This document shows positions 29,401 to 40,452 of a stretch of 64,000 nucleotides of DNA, in pieces. Both the position numbers and the translations under genes were made by a program. Source of the stretch: the human T2T-CHM13v2.0 reference genome, Homo sapiens; the NCBI RefSeq assembly GCF_009914755.1, contig NC_060926.1, one strand, 5' to 3'. Under the pieces are notes generated by a model, which worked only from the letters and a program-made list of their open reading frames with translations, did not search any database and was not told where the DNA came from. Numbering within the stretch: the stretch's first letter is position 1; each line of letters begins with the position of its first letter.

Positions 29401-32400
29401 TTTTCATTGAGCAGTTTTGAAACACTCTTTTTGTAGAATCTGCAAGTGGACATTTAGTGCGCTTTGTGGCCTAAGGTGGAAAAGGAAATATCTTCACATA
29501 AAAACTAGACAGAATCATTCCGACAAACTTCTTTGTGATGTGTGCATTCATCTCACAGAGTTCAAACATGCTTTAGATTGAGCAGTTTGGAAACACTCTT
29601 TTTGTAGAATCTGCAAGTGGATATTTTTAACGCTTGGCAGCCTATGGTGGAAAAGGAAATATCTTCACATAAAAACTAGACAGAGGCATTTTGAGAAGCT
29701 CCTTTGTGATGTGTGCATTCATCTCACAGTGTTGAACATTTTTTTTTTATTTAGCTGCTTTCAAATATTCTTTTTGCAGAATCTGCAGGTGGATATTTGA
29801 AGCTCTTTGAGGCCTATGGTGGAAAAGGGTCTGCAAGTGGACATTTGGAGAGCTTTGAGGCCTAAGGCAGAAAACAAAATATTTTCCTATTATAATTAGA
29901 CAGAAGCATTCTGAGAAAGTTCTTTGTGATATGTGCATGCATCTCACAGAGTTGAAACTTTCTTTTGATTGAGCAGTTTTGACACACTCTTTTTGTAGAA
30001 TCTCCAAGTGGACATTTGGAGCACTTTGTGGACTATGGTGGAAATGGAAATTTCTTCACATAAAAACTGTTCAGAAACATTCTGAGAAACTTCTTTGTGA
30101 TGTGTCCATTCATCTGACAGTGTTGAATCTTTCTTTTGATTGAGCAACTTGGAAACTCTCTTTTTGTAGAATCTGCTAGTGGACAATTGGAGTGCTTTGA
30201 GGCCTATGGGGGAAAACAATCTTCACTTAAGTACTAGACAGAATAATTCTGAGAAACTTCTTTGTGATGGGTGCATTCATTTCACAGAGTTGAACCTTTC
30301 TTTTCTTTGAGCATCTTTGAAAAACTCTTTTTGTAGACTCTGCAAGTGGACATTTGGAGCTCTTTGTAGCCTATGGTGGAAAAGGAAATGTCCTCACATA
30401 AAAACTAGACAGAAGCATTCTGACAAACTCCTTTGTGATGTGTGAATTCATCTCACAGAGTTGTAACTTTCTTTTGATTGAACAGTTTTGAAACAATCGT
30501 TTTGTAGAATCTGCAATTGGACATTTGGAGCGATTTGCAGCCTGTGGTGGAAAACGAAATATCTTCATATAAAAACTAGAAAGAAGAATTCTGAGAAACT
30601 TCTTCATGATGTATGCATTCATCTCACAGAGTTTAACATAACTTTCAATTGAGCAGTTTTGAAACCCTCTTTTTATAGGAGCAGCAAGTGGACATTTGGA
30701 GGTCTTTGAGGCCTATGGTGGAAAAAAAAATCTTCTCATTATAACTAGACAAAAGCATTCTGAGAAACTTCTTTGTGATGCGTGCATTCATCACACAGAG
30801 TTGAACTTCTCCTTAGATTGAGCAGCTTTGAAACACTCTGCAAGTGGACATTTGGAGCGATTTGAGGCCTATGGTGGAAAAGGAATTATCTTCACATAAA
30901 TACTATACAGAAACATTCTCACAAGCTTCTTTGTGATGTGTGCATTCAACTCACAGAGTTGAACCTTTCTTTTGACTGAGCAATTTTGAAACACTCTTTT
31001 TGTAGAACCCGCAAGGGACATTTGGTGTGCTTTGAGGCATATGGTGGAGAAGGAAATATCTTCACTTAACAACTAGGCGGAAGCATTCTGAGAAACTTCT
31101 TTGTGTTGTGTGCATTTATCTTACAGAGTTGAACCATACTTTTGATTGAGCAGCTTTGAAAAACTCTTTTTTAGACTCTGCAAGTGAACATTTTGAGCTC
31201 TTTCTGTCCTACGGTGGAAAAGGAAATACCTTCACATAAAAACTAGACAGAAGCATTCTGTGAAACTTCTTTGTGATGTGTGCATTCATCTCACAGAGTT
31301 GAACATTTCTTTTCATTGAGCAGTTTTGAAACACTGTTTTTGTAGAATCTGCAATGGACATTTGGAGGGCTTTGAAGCCTATGGTGGAAAAGGAAGTAAC
31401 TTCCCATAAAAACTAGACAGAATCTTTCTTAGAAAATTCTTTCTGATGTGTGCATTCATCTCACATAGTTGAACATTTCTTTTGATTAAGCAGCTTTGAA
31501 ACACTCTTTTTGTAGAATCTGTAAATGGACATTTGGAGTACTTTGAGGGTGATGGTCAATAACGAAATATATTCACTTAAAAACTAGACAGAAGCATTCT
31601 GTGAAACTACTTTGTGATGTGTGCATTCATCTCATAGAGTTGAACATTTCTTTTGATTGAGCAGCTTTGAAACACTCTTTTTGTAGAATCTGCAAGTGGA
31701 TATTTGGAGCACTTTGAGACCTATGGTGGAAAAGGAAATATCTTCACATAAAAACTATACAGAAACATTCTGACAAATTTCTTTGCGATTGGTGTATTCA
31801 TGTCACAGAATTGAACCTTCCTTTTAATTGAGCAGTTTTGAAACACTCTTTTTGTAGAATCGGCAAGTGGATATTTAGAGAGCTTTGAGGCCTATGTTGG
31901 AAAAGGAAATATCTTTACATAAAAACTAGACAGAGGCATTCTGAGAAACTTGTTTGTGATCTGTGCATTCGTCTCACAGAGTTGAACCTTTCTTTTGATT
32001 CAGAAGTTTGGAAACACTCTTTTTGTAGATTCTGCAAGTGAACATTTGGAGCTCTTTGAGGTCTATGGACAAAAAGGAAATATCTTCACACAAAAAAAAG
32101 ACAGAAGCATTCTGTCAAACTACTTTGTGATATGTGCATTCATATCATGGAGTTGAACCTTCCTTTTGATTAAGCATTTTTGAAACACCCTTTTTGTACT
32201 ATCTGCAAGTGGACATTTGGAGTGCTTTGAGGCATATGGTGGAAAAGGAAATATCTTCACATAAAAACTAGACAGAAACATTCTGACAACTTTCTTTGCG
32301 ATGTGTGCATTCATCTCACAGAGCTGAACCTTTCTTTTGATTGAATAGTTTGGAAACTCTCTTTTTGTTGATCTGCAAGTGGACATTTGGAGTGCTTTGA

Positions 32401-34307
32401 GGCCTATGGTGAAAAGGAAATATCTTCACATAAAAACTAGACAGAAGCTTTCTGAGCAACTTCTTTGTGATGTGTGCATTCATCTCACAGAGTTGAACAT
32501 TTCTTTGTATTGAGCAGGTTTGAATCACTCTTTTTGTAGAATCTGCAAGTGGACATTTGGAGAGCTGTGTGGCCTATGGTGGAAAAAGAAATATCTTCCC
32601 ATAAAAACTAGATATAATCATCCTGAGAAAATTCTTTGTGATGTATGTATTCATCACAGAGAGTTGAACCTTTGTTTTCATTGAGCAGTTTTGAGACACT
32701 CTTTTTGCAGAATCTGCAAGTGGACATTTGGAGCGCTTTGAGGCCTATGGTGGAAAAGGAAACATCTTCACATAAGCACTAGACAGAAGCATTCTGAGAA
32801 ACATCTTTGTGATGTGTGCATTCATCTCACAGAGTTGAACATTTCTTTTGATTGAGCAGTTTGGAAACACTCTTTTTGTAGAATCTGTAAGGGGACATGC
32901 GGAGCTCTTTGAGGCCTGAGGTGGAAAAGGATATATCTTCACAAAAAAAACTAGGTAGAAGCATTCTGACAAACCTATTTGTGATATGTGCATTCATCTC
33001 ACAGAGTTGAACCTTACTTTTGATTAAGCAGTTCTGAAAAACCCTTTTGGTGCTATCTGCAAATGGACATTTTGTGTGGTTTGAGGCCTACAGTGGAAAA
33101 GGAAATATGTTCACATAAAAATTAGACAGAAGCATTCTGACAAATTACTTTGTGATGTATGCATTCATCTCACAGAGTTGATCAATTCTTTTGAGTGAGC
33201 AGTTTGGAAGCTCTCCTTTTGTAGCATCTGCAAGTGGACATTTTGAGTGCTTTGAGGCCTATGGTGGAAAAGGAAATATCTTCACATAAATATTAGACAG
33301 AAGCATTCTGACAAATTCTTTGTGATGTGTGCATTCATCTCAGAGAGTTGAACCTTTCCTTCGATTGTGTAGTTTTCAAACACTCTTTCTGTAACATCTG
33401 CAAGTGGACATTTGGAGTGATTTGAGGCCTAAGGTGAAAAATGAAATATCTTCACATAATAACTAGACAGAAGCATTCTGAGAAAGTTTTTTGTGATGTA
33501 TGCATTAATCTCACAGAGTTGAACCTTTCTTTTGATTGAGCAGCTTTGAAACACTCTTTTTGTAGAATCTGCAAGTGGACATTTGGAACACTTTGAGGCC
33601 TATGGTGGAAAAGGAAATATCTTCATAGAGAAATTTCTTTGTGATGTGGGCATTCATCTCACAGAGTTGAACTTTCTTTTGATTGAGCAGTTTTGAAACA
33701 CTCTTTTTGTAGAATCTGCAAGTGGATATTTGGAGCACTTTGTGGCATATGGTGGAAAAGGAAGTATCTTCACTTAAATAGTAGACAGAAGAATTCTGAC
33801 AAACTTCTTTGTGATGTGTGCATTCATCTCAGGGAATTGAAACTTACTTTTGATTGAGCAGTCTTGAAACTCTCTTTTTGTAGAATCTGCAAGTTGATAT
33901 TTGGAGCACTTTTAGGCCTACGGTGGAAAAGGAAATATCTTCACATAAGAGCTAGACAGAAGCATCCTGAGAAACTTCTTTGTGATGTTTTCATTCAACC
34001 CACAGAGTTGAATCTTACTTTTGGTTGAGCAGTTTGGAAACACTCTTTTTGTAGAATCTGCAAGTGGACATTTTGTTCGCTTTGAGGCCTATGGTGGAAA
34101 AGGAAATATCTTCACTTAAGATCTATACAGAAGCATTCTGAGAAACTTCTTCGTGATGTGTGCAGTCATCTCACAGAGTTGAACATTTCTTTTGATTGAG
34201 CACCTTTGAAACATTATTTTTGTAGGATCTGCATGTGGACCTTTGGAGCGCCTTGAGGCCTGTGGTAGAAAAGGAAATATCTTCACATAAAACCTATACA
34301 GAAGCAT
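26406..34307. repeat. Monomeric alpha satellite, A-type only (SF4/M1-like)
   Basis: 171-bp period; TATGGTGGAAAAGGAAATATC (pJalpha box), TTCTGAGAAAC, CATTCATCTCAC, TTGATTGAGC; no CENP-B box seen. Confidence 0.95.
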
Positions 34308-37300
34308 TGAGGCCTTCATTGGAATCGGGTACATCTTCACATAAAAACTAGAGAGAAGCATTCTCAGAAACTTCTTTGTGATGTGTACATTCAACTCACA
34401 GAGTTGAACCTTTCTTTTGATAGAGCAGTTTTGAAACACTCTTCTTGTAGAATCTGCAACTGCATATTTGGACTGCTTCGAGGCATTCGTTGGAAATGGG
34501 ATATCTTCACATAATCACTAGACAGAAGCATTCTCAGAAACTTCTTTGTGATGTGTGAATTCAACTCACAGAGTTGAACCTTTCTTTTGATAGGGCAGGT
34601 TTGAAACACTCTTTTTGACGAATCTGCAAGTGGACATTTGAAGCTCTTTGAGACCTATGGTGGAAAAGGAAATATCTTCACATAAAAACTAGACAGAAGC
34701 ATTCTCAGAAACTTCTTTGTGATGTCAGCATTCCACTCACAGAGTTGGACACACTTTATCATAGAGCAGTTTTGAAACACTCTTTTAGTAGAATCTGTGA
34801 GTGGATATTTGGACCACTTTGAGGCTTTTGTTGGAAAAGGGAATATCTTCACATAATCTCTAGAGAGAAGTTTTCTCAGAAACTTCTTTGTGCTGTGTGC
34901 ATTCACCTCACAGAATTGAACCTTTCTTTTGATAGAGCAGTTTTGAAACACTGTTTTTGTAGAATCTGCAAGTGGACATTTGGAGAGATTTGAGACCTAT
35001 GTTTGAAAAGGAAATGTCCTCACATAAAATATAGACAGAATCATTTTCAGAAACTTCTTTGTGATGTTCGCATTCAACTCACAGAGTTGAAGATACTTTA
35101 TCATAGAGCAGTTTTGACACACTCTTTTAGTAGAATCTGCAAGTGGATATTCGGACCGCTTTGAGGCATTCGTTGGAAGTCGGAATATCTTCAGATAATC
35201 ACTAGATAGAAGTTTTCTCAGAAACTACTTTGTGATGTGTACATTCATGTCACAGAGTTGAACCTTTCTTTTTATAGAGCAGTTTAAGAACCCCCTTTTT
35301 GTAGAATCTGCATGTGGATATTTCAACCAGTTTGAGGTCTTCATTGGAAACGGGTATATCTTCACATAAACTCTAGACAGAAGCATTCTCAGAAACTTTT
35401 TTGTGATGTGTGCATTCAACTCACAGAGTTGAACCTTTCTTTTGATAAAGCAGTTTAGAAACCCTCTTTTTGTAGAATCTGCATGTGGATATTTGGACCA
35501 GTTTGAGGTCTTCGTTGGAAACGGGTATATCTTCACATAAACTCTAGACAGAAGCATTCTCAGAAACTTTTTTATGATGTGTGCATTCAACTCACAGTGT
35601 TGAAACTTTCTTTTGATAGAGCAGTTTAGAAACCCTCTTTTTGTAGAATCTGCATGTGGATATTTGGACCAGTTTGAGGTCTTCATTGGAAACGGGTATA
35701 TCTTCACATAAACTCTAGACAGAAGCATTCTCAGAAACTTTTTTGTGATGTGTGCATTCAACTCACAGAGTTGAACGTTTCTTTTGATACAGCAGCTTTG
35801 AAACACTCTTTTTGTAGAATTTGCAATTGGATATTTGGTCTGCTTTGAGGCCTTCTTTGGAAATGGGAATATCTTCACATAAACACTAGACAGAAGCATT
35901 CCCAGAAACTTCTTTTTGAGGTGTGCATTCAACTCACAGAGTTGAACATACCTTATCATAGAGCAGCTTTCAAACACTCTTTTTGTAGAATCTGAGAGCA
36001 GATATTTAGAGAGCTTTGAGGCCTATGGTGGAAAAGGTAATATCTTTATATAAAAACCAGACAGAAAAATTCTCAGAAACTTCTTTGTGATGTGTGCATT
36101 CAACTCACAGAGTTGATAATTTCTTTTGATAGAGCAGGTTTGAAACACTCTTTTTGCAGAATCTCCAAGTGGACATTTGGAGCGCCTTGGGGCCTATGGT
36201 AGAAAAGGAATTATATTCACATAAAAACTAGACAGAAGCATTCTCAGAAACTTCTTTGTGATGTTTGCCTTCAACTCACAGAGTTGAACATACCTTATCA
36301 TAGAGCAGTTTTGAAACACTCTTTTAGTAAAATCTGGAAGTGGATATTTTGAACGCTTTCAGGCCTTCATTGGAAATGGGAATATCTTCACATAAAAATT
36401 AGACAGCAGCATTCTCAAAAACTTCTTTGTGATGCGTACATTCAACTAACAGAGTTAAACCTTTCTTTTGATAGAGCTGATTTTAAACACTCTTTTTGTG
36501 GAATCTGCAAATGGACATTTGGACCGCTTTGAGGCCTTCGTTGGAAACGGGAATATCTTCACATAAACACCAGACAGAAGCATTCTCAGAAACTTCTTTG
36601 TGCTGTGTGCATTCAACTCACAGAGTTGAACCTTTCTTTTGATAGAGTAGGTTGAAACACTCTTGTTGCAGAATCTGCAAGTGGACATTTGGAGTGCCTT
36701 GAGGCCTATGGTGGAAAGGGGAGTATCTTCACATAAAAACTAGACAGAAGCATTCTCAGAAACTTCTTTGTGATGTTTGCTTTCAACTCACAGATTTGGA
36801 CATACTGTATCATAGAGCAGTTTTGAGACACTCTTTTCACAGGATCTGCAAGTGGATATTTGGACTGCTTACCAGCCTTCGCTGGAAACAGGAATATCTT
36901 CACGTAATCACTAGACAGAAGCTTTCTCAGAAACTTCTTTGTGCTGTGTGCATTCAACTCACAGATTTGAAGCTTTCTTTAGATAGAGCAGGTTTGAAAC
37001 ACTCTTTTTGTATAATCTGCAAGTGGACATTTGGAGGGCTTTAAGCCCTACGGTGGAAAAGGAAATATCTTCCAATAAAAACTAGAGAGAATAATTCTCA
37101 GAAACATCTTGTGATGTTTGCCTTCAACTGACAGAGTTGAACATACCTTATCATAGAGCAGTTTTGAAACCATCATTTTGTAGAATCTTCAAGTGGAAAT
37201 TTGGAGAGCTTTGAGGCCTAAGGTGGGAAAGGAAATATCTTCACATAAAAACTAGGCAGAAGCATTCTCAGAGGCTTCTTTTTGATGTTTGTATTCAACT

Positions 37301-37864
37301 GACAGAGTTGAACCTTTTTTTTGATAGAGCAGTTTTGAAACACTCTTTCTGTAGAATCTGCATGTGGATATTTGAAGCGCTTTGAGGACTTCATTGGAAA
37401 CTGGAATATCGTCACATAAACACTAGACAGAATTATTCTCAGAAACTTCTTTGTGATGTGTGCATTCAACTCACAGAGTTGAACCTTTCTTTTGATAGAG
37501 AAGGTTTGAAACACTCTTTTTGCAGAATCTGCAAGTGGACATTTGGAGCGCCTTGAGGCCTATGGTGGAAAAGGAAACATCTTCAGATAAAAACTAGACA
37601 GAAGCATTCTCAGAAACTTCTTTGTGATGTTTGCATTCAACTCACAGAGTTGGACATACTTTATCATAGAGCAGTTTTGATACACTCTTTTAGTAGAATC
37701 TACAAGTGGATATTTTGACCATTTAGTGGCCTTCGTTGGAAATGGGAATATCCTTATATAAAAATTAGGTAGAAGCATTCTCAGAAACTTCTTTGTGTTG
37801 TGTGCATTCAACTCACAGTGTTGAACCTTTCTTTTGACAGAGCAGGTTTGAAACACTGTTTTTG
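34308..37864. repeat. Alpha satellite, irregular A/B monomers (SF5 R1/R2-like)
   Basis: TTCTCAGAAAC, CATTCAACTCAC, TTGATAGAGC; B-box monomers CTTCGTTGGAAACGGG at 35510 and 36536. Confidence 0.92.
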
Positions 37865-40415
37865 GCCTCTCCCTCTCCCTCTCCCTGTCCCTCTCCCTCT
37901 CCCTCTCCCTGTCCCTCTCCCTCTCCCTCTCCCTGTCCCTCTCCCTCTCCCTCTCCCTCTCCCCACGGTCTCCTTCCACGGTCTCCCTCTGATGCCGAGC
38001 CAAAGCTGGACTGTACTGCTGCGATCTCGGCTCACTGCAACCTCCCTGCCTGATTCTCCTGCCTCAGCCTGCCGAGTGCCTGTGATTGCAGGCGCGCGTC
38101 GCCACGCCTGACTGGTTTTCGTTTTTTTTTGGTGGAGACGGGGTTTCGCTGTGTTGGCCAGGCCGGTCTCCAGCTCCTAACCGCGAGTGATCCGCCAGCC
38201 TCGGCCTCCCGAGGTGCCGGGATTGCAGACGGAGTCTCGTTCACTCAGTGCTCAATGGGGCCAAGGCTGGAGTGCAGTGGCGTGATCTCGGCTCGCTACA
38301 ACCTCCACCTCCCAGCCGCCTGCCTTGACCTCCCAAAGAGCCGAGATTGCAGCCTCTGCCCGGCCGCCACCCCGTCTGGGAAGTGAGGAGCGTCTCTGCC
38401 TGGCCGCCCATCGTCTGGGATATGAGGAGCTCCTCTGCCTGGCTGCCCAGTCTGGAAAGTCAGGAGCCTCTGCCCGGCCGCCATCCCATCTAGGAAGCGA
38501 GGAGCTCCTCTTCCCGGCCGCCATCCCATCTAGGAAGTGAGGAGCGTCTCTGCCCGGCCGCCCATCGTCTGAGAGGTGGGGAGCACCTCTGCCCCGCCGC
38601 CCTGTCTGGGATGTGAGGAGCGCCTCTGCCCGGCCGCCCCGTCTGAGAAGTGAGGAAACCCTCTGCCTGGCAACCGCCCCGTCTGAGAAGTGAGGAGCCC
38701 CTCCGTCCAGCAGCCACCCCGTCTGGGAAGTGAGGAGCATCTCCGCCCGGCAGCCACCCCATCCGCGAGGGAGGTGGGGGGGGGTCAGCCCCCCGCCCGG
38801 CCAGCCGCCCCGTCCGAGAGGTGAGGGGCTCCTCTGCCCGGCCGCCCCTACTGGGAAGTGAGGAGCCCCTCTGCCCGGCCAGTCGCCCCGTCCAGGAGGG
38901 AGGTGGGGGGGTCAGCCCCCCGCCCGGCCAGCCGCCCAGTCCGGGAGGGGGGAGGGGGGGTCAGCCCCCTGCCCGGCCAGCCGCCCCGTCCGGGAGGGAG
39001 GTGGGGGGATCAGCCCCCCGCCTGGCCAGCCACCCCGTCCGGGAGGTGAGGGGCGCCTCTGCCTGGCCGCCCCTACTGGGAAGTGAGGAGCCCCTCTGCC
39101 TGGCCAGCCACCCCGTCCGGGAGGGAGGTGGGGGGGTCAGCCCCCCGCCCGGCCAGCCGCCCAGTCTGGGAGGGAGGTGGGGGGATCAGCCCCCCGCCCG
39201 GCCAGCCGCCCAGTCCGGGAGGGAGGTGGGGGGTTCAGCCCCCCGCCCGGCCAGCCGCCCCGTCCGGGAGGGAGGTGGGGGGATCAGCCCCCTGCCTGGC
39301 CAGCCGCCCCGTCCGGGAGGTGAGGGGCGCCTCTGCCCGGCCGCCCCTACTGGGAAGTGAGGAGCCCCTCTGCCCGGCCAGCCGCCCCGTCCGGGAGGGA
39401 GGTGGGGGGGTCAGCCCCCCGCCCGGCCAGCCGCCCCGTCCGGGAGGGGGGAGGGGGAGTCAGCCCCCTGCCCAGCCAGCCGCCCCGTCTGGGAGGGAGG
39501 TGGGGGGATCAGCCCCCCGCCTGGCCAGCCGCCCCGTCCGGGAGGTGAGGGGCGCCTCTGCCTGGCCGCCCCTACTGGGAAGTGAGGAGCCCCTCTGCCC
39601 GGCCAGCCACCCTGTCCGGGAGGGAGGCGGGGGGGGGGGTCGGCCAGCCGCCCCGTCCGGGAGGGAGGTCGGGGGGTCAGCCCCCCACCCGGCCAGCCGC
39701 CCTATCTGGGAGGTGAGGGGCGCCTCTGCCCGGCCACCCCTACTGGGAAGTGAGGAGCCCCTCTGCCTGGCCAGCCGCCCCGTCCGGGAGGGTGGTGGGG
39801 GGGTCAGCCCCCCGCCCGGCCAGCCGCCCCATCCGGGAGGTGAGGGGCGCTTCTGCCCGGCCGCCCCTACTGGGAAGTGAGGAGCCCCTCTGCCCGGCCA
39901 TGACCCCGTCTGGGAGGTGTGCCCAGCGGCTCACTGGGGATGGGCCATGATGACAATGGCGGTTTTGTGGAATAGAAAGGCGGGAAGGTTGGGGAAAAAA
40001 TTGAGAAATCGGATGGTTGCCGGGTCTGTGTGGATAGAAGTAGACATGGGAGACTTTTCATTTTGTTCTGTACTGGGAAAAATTCTTCTGCCTTGGGATC
40101 CTGTTGATCTGTGACCTTACCCCCAACCCTGTGCTCTCTGAAACATGTGCTGTGTCCACTCAGTGTTAAATGGATTAAGGGCGGTCCAAGATGTGCTTTG
40201 TTAAACAGATGCTTGAAGGCAGCATGCTCATTAAGAGTCATCACCACTCCCTAATCTTAAGTACCCAGGGACACAAACATTGCGGAAGGCCGCAGGGTCC
40301 TCTGCCTAGGAAAACCAGAGACCTTTGTTCACTTGTTTATCTGCTGACCTTCCCTCCACTATTGTCCTATGACCCTGCCAAATCCCCTTCTGTGAGAAAC
40401 AGCCAAGAATGATCA

Positions 40416-40450
<35 letters not shown>
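37865..40450 (+). mobile_element. Full-length SVA retrotransposon, probably SVA_E
   Basis: (CCCTCT)n at 37865-37960, Alu-like domain, GC-rich VNTR ~38350-39915, SINE-R ~39915-40418, AATAAA at 40415, pure poly-A to 40450; perfect TSD GAAACACTGTTTTTG at 37850-37864 and 40451-40465. Confidence 0.98.
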
Positions 40451-40452
<2 letters not shown>

